61,830 bases of DNA from Chromatiales bacterium (GTDB taxonomy: Bacteria > Pseudomonadota > Gammaproteobacteria > SZUA-152): assembly GCA_026982555.1 (NCBI GenBank), contig JALSGT010000084.1:1-61830 (forward strand), written 5' to 3'. Below are positions 20,176 to 30,134 of this stretch, in pieces; position 1 is the stretch's first letter, and each line of letters opens with the position of its first letter. The position numbers and the translations under genes are program-made. Under the pieces are notes generated by a model that was given only the letters and a program-made list of their open reading frames with translations, was not told where the DNA came from and ran no database searches.

Positions 20176-21008
20176 TTTGTTCAACCTATTTTAAACAGCT
20201 GCTGTTTGGTGTGGCCATGTTGACATGTGCAACCATTGTGCAGGCTGCCAGCCCCTGGATGCGCTCTGAAGCAGAGCGGTTTTACTGGGCGGGTGTTACG
20301 TATTCAACAGGGGATCAGCGCTGGGACGACAAGAGTAACCAGAAAAAGGTGGACTGTCGAAACAGTGACTGGTACATGCACCAAAAAATCGAATACGGGT
20401 ATAGCTATTATTACACCCTGATTGCAGGATTAAGTGCCGCCTCTGCCAATTGTGGTGATGACAGCCTGACCGGCGTGGGAGACCTGACTCTGGGTATTCG
20501 GGGGCGACTGGACAAGTATCGCAATGGTAAAAGCTGGGAGATTACCACCATTATCCCGACGGGCTATGAGCGCGATAATTCATCGCGTCCGGGTAACGGT
20601 CGGTTTGGTCTCGAAGCGGGTGTCGCCTGGTTATTCAAAGAGGAAGAGAGGGAACTGGTCAATTCCTGGTCCTGGCAGGGAGGGGTCGCCATTCGACTTT
20701 GGCAGGGACCCCCTGCGGATCAGTTTCTCAGCTACTTATCGGTACAGCATCGTATTGCTGCTGTTGGCAAAATTGGTATGCGCATCAGCGGTGATTTTTC
20801 CTTTCGCAATGAATCGCCTGAAAAAACAAAATTTGAAAATCGTACCCGCCTGACGGATTTCGATAAAGTAAGAGCCGCAGTCTCATGGTCCAGCCGCATT
20901 AATGCGCGCTGGTCCTGGCAGGCCAATGTTGGTCATGTTCTGTGGGGCAGAAACGTGACTGACAATCTGACTGTTGGTTTAAATATCAGCCATGACTGGA
21001 GCCAGTGA
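20163..21008 (+). CDS. Putative outer-membrane beta-barrel protein
   Basis: Signal peptide (...IVQA), alternating aromatic/hydrophobic strands, C-terminal TVGLNISHDW. Confidence 0.55.
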   Translation: MQGLVCSTYFKQLLFGVAMLTCATIVQAASPWMRSEAERFYWAGVTYSTGDQRWDDKSNQKKVDCRNSDWYMHQKIEYGYSYYYTLIAGLSAASANCGDDSLTGVGDLTLGIRGRLDKYRNGKSWEITTIIPTGYERDNSSRPGNGRFGLEAGVAWLFKEEERELVNSWSWQGGVAIRLWQGPPADQFLSYLSVQHRIAAVGKIGMRISGDFSFRNESPEKTKFENRTRLTDFDKVRAAVSWSSRINARWSWQANVGHVLWGRNVTDNLTVGLNISHDWSQ

Positions 21009-22846
21009 ATCCTGTGAAATTATCCATCGATTTTATTTGCCGCGCTGCCGGGATAGTGATGTTATCCAGAGTGCTTGTATTGTTTTTTCTGAGTATGGCC
21101 GTCCATGCGGATGAGCGCTGGACCACCGAAAAAGCGAGTATGGTTGACAGTATCGAAAAGCAAACCGGTTTATCCCGGACGAGTATTGGCACCTTGCATC
21201 TCAACATGCGACCTATTGATGCTGATGTTCTGTTTCGTAAAGATCCACACGATACATCCTCGTTCGCCGTCAGCATCGTGGATGATGCAGGAGAAATGCT
21301 AAAAGGGCGTATCAAGGTATCGGGCAGTTTCACCCGTCGTTTCCCCAAAAAAAGTATTTTTATAAAACTTGAAAATGGGCAGCAATGGAAAGGCCGGCAA
21401 AAAGTATCCCTCGATGCCATGGCAACCGATGGCTCGATGCAGCGTGAATGGCTTGCCTGGCAACTGGTGCATGCACTGGGGATGCCTGGCCCTGAACTGC
21501 AATACGTGCGCGTCTATATCAACAACCGCTACAGCGGGCTGTTTATGCATACCGAGTGGCTCGATACCGGCGTTCTGGCACGTTACGGACTGGGTGCTGA
21601 CGGACAGTTTTTTCATCCTTCAGACTCACGGTTTTGTGGTGATTTCCTGCCGCATCACAAAAAAACGCTGAAAGACTGCTGGTTTAAACTCTCGCCACGG
21701 GATAAAGACTTTTCACCTTTGCAGGCGCTTATGGATGACATTGCGCAAACACCGGTTAAAGAATTTCATGAATACCTCGAAATGCACTTTGACGTTGATT
21801 CGGTCATTAATTGGCTGGCACTCAATGTGCTCACCAGTAATGGTGATACCTATAATAAAAACTACTTTCTTTATCGGTCGGCGATTACCGGGAAGTGGGT
21901 GGTTATCCCTTGGGATTACGACCTGTCTTTCGGGCGTAACTGGGATGCTTATCTACCTTTTCCCGAAAATATTCTGAATGATAATTTTCAGTATTTTTAT
22001 CCTCCTGAGCTGGGCGCACCCAACCCATTAAAAGAAAAAACATTACGCAACCCGGTGCTCAATCAACTTTTCACTGAACGAATGTTGCACTTGCTTGGTG
22101 AGAAACGACATGGGGCAGCGGCAACTTTTGGCTGGTTCAGCCCGAAAGCCATGCGGGAACGCATTGACCGTACCGCGATCAGATTACAACCTGAACGCAT
22201 TGATGATCCCTATCTTAAAGACAGCGCGATTGATTTTTCGCAAGAAACGGAAAGCCTTTGGCATTACGTGCAGCGACGGCATGCGTATTTACGTGAAATT
22301 TTCACAGGTGCCGTTCCCTGGAACCCGGAGCTGGCAATCTGGAATCCGGCGGATGCACCACCACGCCCGGCATTGAGCGTCAGTTTGTTTGCCAGCCAGC
22401 AGGTCTCCGCTAACGGGCAGTATGCAACAATCGCAGCACCCGCTTATGGGTATCTACTGGCGGCGATAAAACTGAAAGATAATAACGGGGAGGCTGCTAA
22501 ATTCAACGTTGAGTCTGCAATAAATCATACGCCCACTGTTTTTCCACCCGGCTATGATCCGGCATCCTGCATTCAGCGCAGCTGGTTTATTACCTTGCGA
22601 ACACCCTTCAAATCACGCGTCATGGATTTGCAGCTGGATTATTTACAGGAAGACTCACAGCGACAGGAATTGGGAAGCGTTCGTAGTGAACAAAACTTTA
22701 CACTTTGGGTGTTGGATGGCCAGCGTTGGCATAAGCTCAAGACGCATGTCAATCCCTTATCAAATGTAATCAGCACTCAAAATATGACAATCCATCCATC
22801 ACAGATGCTGCGTTTTGTTGCCTGCCCGGAAAGTACAGAAAGTTAA
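21005..22846 (+). CDS. Exported CotH-family atypical kinase
   Basis: Leader ending AVHA; GSFTRRFPKKSIFIKL, REWLAWQL, NGDTYNKNYFLY, PWDYDLSFG; extra C-terminal domain. Confidence 0.85.
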   Translation: MNPVKLSIDFICRAAGIVMLSRVLVLFFLSMAVHADERWTTEKASMVDSIEKQTGLSRTSIGTLHLNMRPIDADVLFRKDPHDTSSFAVSIVDDAGEMLKGRIKVSGSFTRRFPKKSIFIKLENGQQWKGRQKVSLDAMATDGSMQREWLAWQLVHALGMPGPELQYVRVYINNRYSGLFMHTEWLDTGVLARYGLGADGQFFHPSDSRFCGDFLPHHKKTLKDCWFKLSPRDKDFSPLQALMDDIAQTPVKEFHEYLEMHFDVDSVINWLALNVLTSNGDTYNKNYFLYRSAITGKWVVIPWDYDLSFGRNWDAYLPFPENILNDNFQYFYPPELGAPNPLKEKTLRNPVLNQLFTERMLHLLGEKRHGAAATFGWFSPKAMRERIDRTAIRLQPERIDDPYLKDSAIDFSQETESLWHYVQRRHAYLREIFTGAVPWNPELAIWNPADAPPRPALSVSLFASQQVSANGQYATIAAPAYGYLLAAIKLKDNNGEAAKFNVESAINHTPTVFPPGYDPASCIQRSWFITLRTPFKSRVMDLQLDYLQEDSQRQELGSVRSEQNFTLWVLDGQRWHKLKTHVNPLSNVISTQNMTIHPSQMLRFVACPESTES

Positions 22847-24195
22847 TGAAGAATACGATAAAACGGCTGGCTGGCCGTGTGATGTCACTGTCTGCAACGA
22901 TACACAGTGACGAAATCGGCCCAACACTCAAACTGGCGCTGCGGATTTTTCTTATCCTGTTTGCTTATTACCTGCTCAAGCCTGCGCGTGAAGCTTTTAT
23001 CCTCACTGATGGCAGCGCAGAGCTGCGCAGTTATTCCGTGGCTTTGCAGGCATTAGTGCTTTTTATTGTTATTCCGTTATACAGTACGCTCTATAAACGT
23101 GTTACCGGTGAAAAACTTTATAACAGAATCACACTTTTTTTTGTTGTGACATTACTGGGTTTCTGGTTACTTGGTGTTAATGGTCTGGCGATCAGTGTGC
23201 CGTTTTTTATCTGGCTGGGCATCTTCAGTGTCACGCAAGTTGCCCAGTTCTGGGCACTGGTGACGGATTTGCATCATCCCAAATCGGGCAAGCGCCTGTT
23301 TGCAATTATCGGCTTTGGGGGCTCTTTGGGGGCCGTGCTAGGGTCCAGTTTTGCTTCAGAGTTGTTTGCCTACTTCGGCCCCTATAATCTGTTATTGCTG
23401 GCTGCTGCCATTCTTTTGCTCAGCAGTATTGCTGTGCGGGTTAAAGCGACGAATTCGAATGCCTCCACTCAGGCGGCAAAGGCGGTTGACTGGCATGCTA
23501 TGCTGGGTGGTCTGCATCTGGTGATAAAATTACCTTATCTGCGGATTCTGGCCATATTCGTTGTATTACTGAATTGTGTTAATTCAATTGGCGAGTATAT
23601 TTTGGCCAGCATGGTTGTTGATCATTTTTCGGCAATTACCTCCAGTAGTGAACGCGGTATTTTAATTGGTGAATTTTATTCGGACTTCTTTTTCTGGGTG
23701 AATCTGGCCAGTTTGTTATTGCAGTTTTTTATTGTCTCAAGAATTTACCGGTTGATTGGTGTGTCAGGGGCAATATTGTTACTGCCATTGATCACCACGA
23801 TAGGTTATACGCTGATTGCATTTTTTCCTATTTTTGCCGTTGTGCGTATTATCAAGATTATTGAAAACAGCACAGACTACTCGATAACGGCCACCAGTCG
23901 CCATGCACTTTTTCTTCCCGTGTGTACAGACTCAAAATACCTGGGAAAAACCACAATTGACACCTTCTTCTGGCGGCTTGGTGATTTGATTCAGGCCGGG
24001 GTCGTTTTTGCGGGTACTACTTTGCTTAAACTGGAGCTTGGTGCCTTTGCTATGCTCAATGTTTTACTTTCACTATTGTGGCTATGGGTCGGTATACGCA
24101 TAGGGCGGTATTATAAACATTACACACAGCAATCGGCACTCACGGGTCAAGTCGACATGAGCAGGCCCATACTCTCTAAAAAACAGAGCCCTTGA
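22846..24195 (+). CDS. Npt1/TLC-type NTP/NDP exchange transporter (MFS)
   Basis: YYLLKPAREA, KRLFAIIGFGGSLGA, NSTDYS, KTTIDTFFWRLGD; about 12 TM; start overlaps the CotH stop. Confidence 0.8.
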   Translation: MKNTIKRLAGRVMSLSATIHSDEIGPTLKLALRIFLILFAYYLLKPAREAFILTDGSAELRSYSVALQALVLFIVIPLYSTLYKRVTGEKLYNRITLFFVVTLLGFWLLGVNGLAISVPFFIWLGIFSVTQVAQFWALVTDLHHPKSGKRLFAIIGFGGSLGAVLGSSFASELFAYFGPYNLLLLAAAILLLSSIAVRVKATNSNASTQAAKAVDWHAMLGGLHLVIKLPYLRILAIFVVLLNCVNSIGEYILASMVVDHFSAITSSSERGILIGEFYSDFFFWVNLASLLLQFFIVSRIYRLIGVSGAILLLPLITTIGYTLIAFFPIFAVVRIIKIIENSTDYSITATSRHALFLPVCTDSKYLGKTTIDTFFWRLGDLIQAGVVFAGTTLLKLELGAFAMLNVLLSLLWLWVGIRIGRYYKHYTQQSALTGQVDMSRPILSKKQSP

Positions 24196-24419
24196 TAGCC
24201 CGCTTACTTTTATGCGACATGCCTGCAACAACAAGGTGGAATTCTGCATTATGAAGTGCAATGTGAAATTTTGATGATACAATGCGCAAATTCATGCCTT
24301 CAATGTGAATGACCGGCTAAACATGCTGTTCGTGCGTTTTACTGAAAACAGGTGTTTTTAGCACTTAATTCATGTTTCGGGTTAATTTAACCAACTCATA
24401 AATTTGCTGATTGATATCC

Positions 24420-24905
24420 ATGGAAAAAGTTAACGTTTTATTTGTTTGCATGGGCAATATATGTCGCTCGCCGACGGCTGAGGGGGTTTTTACCCGGCAT
24501 GTACAGGAAGCCAGTCTTGCCGATGTTATCAGGATTGATTCAGCGGGTACTCATGCCTACCATATCGGGGAAGCTCCTGATCCGCGTTCGCAGAAAACGG
24601 CGCTGAAGCGCGGTTATGATTTGTCTTCACAAAAGGCACGACGCGCGGTTGCTGAGGACTTTACTACCTTTGATTATATTCTGGCCATGGACAGAGACAA
24701 CCAGCAGGGTTTGCAGGCTATCTGCCCGGTGGGGGCAGAGTACAAATTACATTTGTTTTTAAGCTATGCACCCAACCTTGAATATGATGAGGTGCCGGAC
24801 CCGTACTACGGTGGCCCGATGGGGTTTGAGCGGGTATTAGATATGATTGAAGAGGCTTCAGCAGGTTTGCTTCAGGATATACAACTGCGCTATTTGCAGA
24901 ATTGA
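24420..24905 (+). CDS. ptpA: Low-molecular-weight protein-tyrosine phosphatase
   Basis: VCMGNICRSPTAE P-loop and DPYYG. Confidence 0.93.
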   Translation: MEKVNVLFVCMGNICRSPTAEGVFTRHVQEASLADVIRIDSAGTHAYHIGEAPDPRSQKTALKRGYDLSSQKARRAVAEDFTTFDYILAMDRDNQQGLQAICPVGAEYKLHLFLSYAPNLEYDEVPDPYYGGPMGFERVLDMIEEASAGLLQDIQLRYLQN

Positions 24906-24935
24906 CGGCGAGACATGCCGGGTCTGGCAGGCACT

Positions 24936-24970
24936 AAAAGCCCCAGCTACATGATGTAGCTGGGGCTTTT
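24936..24970. terminator. Bidirectional intrinsic terminator
   Basis: Perfect 17-bp inverted repeat AAAAGCCCCAGCTACAT-g-ATGTAGCTGGGGCTTTT between the convergent ptpA and rne genes. Confidence 0.8.
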
Positions 24971-25009
24971 TGCTAGTGTCAGTCAGTCAAGCCAATTTTT
25001 CGATTTTTT

Positions 25010-25083
25010 GCAGACTGGTGGTGGGCTTGCGAACCCCAGCCGCGTTGACCACGTTGGGGTTCGCAGGCTCACCACCAACCTGC
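25010..25083. repeat. REP doublet (GCAG/GTAG-type)
   Basis: GCAGACTGGTGGTGGGCTTGCGAACCCCAGC (25010-25040) is inverted against 25053-25083 with about 5 mismatches. Confidence 0.7.
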
Positions 25084-25131
25084 GGTACTAAAAATCCCCA
25101 GCGGTGACACTGACAAGTGCTGTGTTACAAA

Positions 25132-25204
25132 CACAGAGATCGCAGAGGGCGCGGAGTGTTGCGTGTTCTCTCCGCGTCCTTTGCATCTCTGTGATCTCTG
25201 CGTT
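25132..25204. repeat. CACAGAG/CGCAGAG-type imperfect inverted repeat
   Basis: CACAGAGATCGCAGAGGGCGCGGAG (25132-25156) pairs with 25170-25193; a further ATCTCTGCG unit follows. Confidence 0.6.
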
Positions 25205-25236
25205 AAATACCCGGTGCTTCTTAAAAATAATGTATT

Positions 25237-27975
25237 TTAGTCGCTATTTTCCGGTTTGCTGACGGGTTTTTCCACAGGCTTTGCGGCACGCGGTGCAGCA
25301 GGCGCGTCCACAACAGGTGGTGGTGATATGCCCGGCGGTTTTGTTTCAATGGGTACCGTTTTTTCACGTTCTACCGGTTTTGGTGCAGGGGCGGGCGTAG
25401 CAGCAGGGGGTTGCTTTACCGGACTTGTTGAGCCCACGTTGTTTGCTGTTTTTGCCAATGCCGGTTTTGTTTCGACCTGTACCAGCGCTGCTGATTTTGG
25501 TTTTTCCGGCGCTGGAGTAGCAGGTGCTGACGGTGTCTTTTTCACAGGGCTATGGGGTCGAGCCTCTGGCTTCTGCCTTGCTTCCTGCGCCGTCGTTGCA
25601 GATGGCGTTACGGCCTGCGGTGTTGCTGGTTTTTTCACCGGGTTACTGGTTGCCGGTTTCGGCTTGTCTTTGCGTTCAGTAGAGGGTTGAGTTACTGCCG
25701 CGTCTGGCACAGTTGCGGTTACAGCTTCCGTTTTTACCAGTGCTGTTGATTGTTTGGCTTCGCCAGTATTCCCATTACTTTTGTTTTCGGCCGCACCATT
25801 TTCATGAGTGCTGGCTTCGTTACCGTTGGCTTCCACATTTTGGGTGCGATTACCGCTATCGCGCCGACGGCGTCGCCCACCACGACGCCCACGACGTGAC
25901 CCCGTTTTTTGCTGGCCATCATTTTGTGCGTTTTGCTCGGTGTCCACCTGCTCATTGATCACCGTTTCGCCAGTGCTGGCATCCCGGTTTTTGGTTTGGT
26001 TTCGGTTTTGCGTACGAGCGGTTTGTTTATCGCCGGTTTTTGGTTTTTCGTTTCTATCCGCGGATGTTTTTGCTTGTACATTGCGGTTTTGTGTACTCTT
26101 TTTTTGCTCGTCCCGGTTTTGTGTGCCGTCCTGTTTATCACGGTTTTGATTGCGTCGGGCAGGGCGGCGGTTTGAGTTGCTGCGATTACCGGCGGTGTTG
26201 CGGTTACGCCCACGGTTCTGTGCCGGTTTTGTACTTTCGGTTTTTTCAATCGGTTTTGCAGGCGTGGCTTCGGAGTTTTCAACACCTCCCACCAGAGTGC
26301 TCCAAATGCGTTTGATGAAACCACCTTGTTGTGTGCTTTCATTTGCCGCTGCGGCTTGTGGTACGGGCGCTGTGGGCACCACACCTCTTACTGCAGGGGT
26401 TTCGGATGTCAGTTTGGGTTTGTCATCCAGTGATTCCGATGCGTCTTCGCGTTCCACTGCCAGGGAATAACTGGCTTGTGAATCTGCATCGTGTGCAAGG
26501 TCGCTGGCGCGTTCACGCTGCACTTCATAGTGAGGTGTGTCAAAAGAGGGGTTGGGAATCAGCACCACTTTGATACCTTGACGTTGCTCAATGTCCGAAA
26601 TGGCCTGACGTTTTTCGTTGAGCAGGAAGGTGGCTACGTTGACCGGTACCTGTACGACGATACGTGCTGTCTGCTCTTTCATGGCATCTTCTTCGATGAT
26701 GCGCAGGATGGACAGAGCCAGCGAGTCGGTGCCACGAATGGTACCGTGGCCTTCGCAGCGCGGGCAGACAATTTGCACCGATTCACCCAGCGACGGGCGC
26801 AGGCGCTGTCGTGACATTTCCAGCAGGCCAAAGCGTGAAATGCGTCCGATCTGCACGCGGGCACGATCCATCTTCAGTGCTTCACGCAGGGTGTTTTCCA
26901 CTTCACGCTGGTTGCGTGATGCCGACATGTCGATGAAGTCGATGACCACCAGTCCACCGAGATCCCGCAGGCGCAATTGCCGGGCGACTTCTTCAGCGGC
27001 TTCCCGGTTGGTGTTGAGCGCGGTTTCTTCGATATCACTGCCCTTGGTGGCACGGGCGGAGTTGATGTCAATGGAAATCAGCGCTTCGGTATGATCGATC
27101 ACAATGGCCCCACCGGAGGGCAGGCGCACTTCGCGTTTAAAGGCGGTCTCGATTTGTGATTCAATCTGATAGCGGGTAAACAGCGGTACGCTGTCATTAT
27201 AATGCTTGAGTTTGTTCAGGTTATGCGGCATCACCATCTGCATGAACTCAGTGGCTTTGTCGAAGATCACCTTGTCATCAATGAGAATTTCACTGATGTC
27301 CTTACGCAGGTTATCGCGTATTGCGCGGATGATGACATCACTTTCCTGGTAAATCAGGAAGGGGGCTGACCCTTCTTTGGAGGCCTTGTCGATGGCTTCC
27401 CATAACTGCAATAAGTAGTTAAGATCCCATTGCAGTTCTTCGGGATTTTTACCGACACCTGCGGTGCGTACAATCAGTCCCATGTCTTCGGGAATATCCA
27501 GTGCCGCCAGCGCATCACGAATTTCATTGCGTTCTTCACCGACGATACGCCGTGATACCCCTCCCGCACGCGGGTTGTTGGGCATTAAAACCAGATAACG
27601 TCCGGCGAGGCTGATAAAGGTCGTCAGTGCTGCACCTTTGTTGCCGCGTTCTTCCTTTTCAACCTGAACGATGATTTCCTGGCCTTCTTTCAATACCTGT
27701 TTGATATTGACGCGGCCACCGGTTTTTTCGGCATTGGGATCAAAGTAGGCGCGGGAAACTTCTTTCAAGGGGAGGAAGCCGTGGCGATCAGCACCGTAAT
27801 CAACAAACGCAGCTTCGAGGCTGGGTTCGACCCGGGTAATGCGGGCTTTGTAGATGTTGGCTTTTTTCTGTTCGCGGCCAGCGGTTTCGATATCCAGATC
27901 GTAAAGTCGTTGACCATCAACCATGGCAACGCGCAACTCTTCTGGCTGAGTTGCGTTAAACAGCATTCTTTTCAT
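25237..27975 (-). CDS. rne: Ribonuclease E
   Basis: [39 protein letters not shown], followed by an Arg-rich and Pro/Ala-rich disordered C-terminal half. Confidence 0.96.
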   Translation of the reverse strand: MKRMLFNATQPEELRVAMVDGQRLYDLDIETAGREQKKANIYKARITRVEPSLEAAFVDYGADRHGFLPLKEVSRAYFDPNAEKTGGRVNIKQVLKEGQEIIVQVEKEERGNKGAALTTFISLAGRYLVLMPNNPRAGGVSRRIVGEERNEIRDALAALDIPEDMGLIVRTAGVGKNPEELQWDLNYLLQLWEAIDKASKEGSAPFLIYQESDVIIRAIRDNLRKDISEILIDDKVIFDKATEFMQMVMPHNLNKLKHYNDSVPLFTRYQIESQIETAFKREVRLPSGGAIVIDHTEALISIDINSARATKGSDIEETALNTNREAAEEVARQLRLRDLGGLVVIDFIDMSASRNQREVENTLREALKMDRARVQIGRISRFGLLEMSRQRLRPSLGESVQIVCPRCEGHGTIRGTDSLALSILRIIEEDAMKEQTARIVVQVPVNVATFLLNEKRQAISDIEQRQGIKVVLIPNPSFDTPHYEVQRERASDLAHDADSQASYSLAVEREDASESLDDKPKLTSETPAVRGVVPTAPVPQAAAANESTQQGGFIKRIWSTLVGGVENSEATPAKPIEKTESTKPAQNRGRNRNTAGNRSNSNRRPARRNQNRDKQDGTQNRDEQKKSTQNRNVQAKTSADRNEKPKTGDKQTARTQNRNQTKNRDASTGETVINEQVDTEQNAQNDGQQKTGSRRGRRGGRRRRRDSGNRTQNVEANGNEASTHENGAAENKSNGNTGEAKQSTALVKTEAVTATVPDAAVTQPSTERKDKPKPATSNPVKKPATPQAVTPSATTAQEARQKPEARPHSPVKKTPSAPATPAPEKPKSAALVQVETKPALAKTANNVGSTSPVKQPPAATPAPAPKPVEREKTVPIETKPPGISPPPVVDAPAAPRAAKPVEKPVSKPENSD

Positions 27976-28365
27976 TTTTTCAGCCCATGCGCTCAACCAA
28001 TGTCCGCTTGTGGCTGCGGGCAAAAAATGGCTTCACAAACAATAGACAGTGTTACCGTTCGCCGACTGATCCGGCCATTTTAGTTTTGATCACTAAAAAC
28101 AGGGGCCAGCGTCGCGAGTCTGGTTTTGCTGCTATTGGTCAGCTCGTCATGAACACAAAATGGACATGGGAGCGCACTAAATATTGTAAATACACCCGTC
28201 ATGACACGGATGTTAAGAAAATTGTTTCGTTCTGCGCCCCATCCTGTCGCGTTTCAGCGTAGCTCCGTGCTGAGGGAAAATGGGCGGAGAGTCAATACTA
28301 TCCCGCAATAAGCCGGGCAAATATAGCAGCCTTATGGCATGGCAGCAAACCGGGCGTGATTTGTT

Positions 28366-29373
28366 ATGATGCACCCCATGACGCAGCGACCGCCACAAAC
28401 GCCCCCAAAAACCGCCCAGGGGGTCTCCACAAAGGCCCGCATTGTTGAAGTAGATGAGGAACGGGCGGGCCAAAGAATCGACAATTTTCTGCTGGCCAGT
28501 CTCAAAGGGGTGCCCAAAAGCCGGGTTTACCGCATGCTGCGCAAGGGTGAGGTGCGTGTCAACAAAGGGCGTATCAAGGCCAGTTACCGTTTGCAAAGTG
28601 GTGATGCTGTGCGTATTCCGCCCGTGCGGGTGGCCGACATTGAAGCCCCGGTCAATCCGGGACAGCGGGTGCTGAAGCGTATCGAAGCGGGCATCATCGC
28701 GGAGGAAAAGGGCTTTTTATTATTGAACAAACCCTCCGGCATTGCCGTGCATGGCGGCAGCGGGTTGAATTACGGGATCATCGAGGCGTTGCGCGTGCTG
28801 CGGCCGGAAGCACCGTATCTGGAGCTGGTGCATCGGCTGGACCGGGATACCTCGGGTTGTCTGCTCATCGCCAAACGCCGCAGCGTATTACGTGAGCTGC
28901 ACCGTTTGTTGCGTGAAGGCGGGATGGATAAACGCTATCTGGCGTTAGTGAAAGGACAATGGCGGGGCGGTGAGCGTCGTGTGGATGCGCCATTGCTGAA
29001 AAACACCTTGTGCTCCGGGGAACGGGTGGTCACTGTCAGTAGCGAAGGAAAATCTGCTGTGAGTGTTTTTCGTCCAGTGACAATTTTTGCGCAGGCCAGT
29101 TTGGTGGAGGTCAGCCTGCTTACCGGGCGCACTCACCAGATACGGGTACATGCCGCATCCATTGGTCATCCTATTGCCGGTGATGAAAAATACGGCGATG
29201 CAGAATTTGACCAGAAAATGAAGAAATATGGCGTGCGCCGACTTTTTTTACATGCGCGTTCACTGGGGTTTTCGCTGCGTGGCCTGGACGAACAAGCGCC
29301 AGTCCATCAATTTACCGCACCGCTGGGCGATGAGCTGGAAACCGTGCTGGGCAATCTGCGGACTGAGTGCTGA
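28366..29373 (+). CDS. rluC: 23S rRNA pseudouridine synthase C
   Basis: S4 domain GQRIDNFL, HGGSG, HRLDRDTSG, GRTHQIRVH, LFLHA; divergent from rne. Confidence 0.95.
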   Translation: MMHPMTQRPPQTPPKTAQGVSTKARIVEVDEERAGQRIDNFLLASLKGVPKSRVYRMLRKGEVRVNKGRIKASYRLQSGDAVRIPPVRVADIEAPVNPGQRVLKRIEAGIIAEEKGFLLLNKPSGIAVHGGSGLNYGIIEALRVLRPEAPYLELVHRLDRDTSGCLLIAKRRSVLRELHRLLREGGMDKRYLALVKGQWRGGERRVDAPLLKNTLCSGERVVTVSSEGKSAVSVFRPVTIFAQASLVEVSLLTGRTHQIRVHAASIGHPIAGDEKYGDAEFDQKMKKYGVRRLFLHARSLGFSLRGLDEQAPVHQFTAPLGDELETVLGNLRTEC

Positions 29374-29398
29374 CAAAATAGCAACGATAGAAATACTG

Positions 29399-30073
29399 AT
29401 GAAACAAAAAATGCAAAAAACCTATGAACTGGTGGTGTTTGACTGGGATGGCACACTGATGGATTCCGAAGCTCATATTGTGACCAGCATGCAACACGCA
29501 CTGAAAGACCTGGATTTGCCGGTACTGTCCCGGGAAAAAATCCGTGACATTATTGGCCTGGGGTTGCGTGAAGCCATTATGCGGTTGCTGCCGGGTTGCG
29601 GGGAGGGTGTGCTGTCGGCCATCATTGACCGCTATCGCTACCACTTTTTTACCGATGACCCTTGTGAGCCGTTTATGGGGGCAGAGCAGGTGTTGCAGGA
29701 TCTGCATGAGGCCGGGTATTTGCTGGCAGTCGCCACCGGCAAGGGGCGCCGGGGGTTGGATCGGGTTTTGCAAAGCACCGGGTTTTCGCAGTATTTTACG
29801 GAAACACGCTGTGCGGATGAAACTCACTCAAAGCCTCACCCACAAATGTTACTGGATATTATGGACATTCTCGATGTCGATGCAAAACGGACTCTGATGG
29901 TGGGGGATACCGAATATGATCTGGAAATGGCCAATGCCGCTCGTACCGCCGCTGTGGGTGTGGATTACGGAGTACACACCCGGGAGCGTTTAATGGCATG
30001 CTCACCGCTGGCCTGCCTGTCATCCATCACAGAATTACCGGAGTGGCTGGCTAACGAAATCAATACGGCGTAA
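29399..30073 (+). CDS. HAD-family phosphatase (Gph-like)
   Basis: FDWDGTLMDS, ATGK, SKPHP, MVGDTEYD. Confidence 0.9.
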   Translation: MKQKMQKTYELVVFDWDGTLMDSEAHIVTSMQHALKDLDLPVLSREKIRDIIGLGLREAIMRLLPGCGEGVLSAIIDRYRYHFFTDDPCEPFMGAEQVLQDLHEAGYLLAVATGKGRRGLDRVLQSTGFSQYFTETRCADETHSKPHPQMLLDIMDILDVDAKRTLMVGDTEYDLEMANAARTAAVGVDYGVHTRERLMACSPLACLSSITELPEWLANEINTA

Positions 30074-30134
30074 TAATCTGCGGTAAGAAGCAGAGCGTAA
30101 AATCTAAAATAATGAAACACAAAAGGTACATTTC

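Noticed and set aside
24420-24905. ptpA as the Wzb-type phosphatase of the glycan operon
   Set aside because: Separated by a 224-bp gap, no Wzc/Wza present, and ptpA next to rne is a common housekeeping arrangement. A link to CotH cannot be excluded but is unsupported.
25256-26814. Multiple plus-strand ORFs opposite the rne C-terminal half
   Set aside because: Low-complexity antisense shadows of the Pro/Ala/Arg-rich region; no RBS or motifs.
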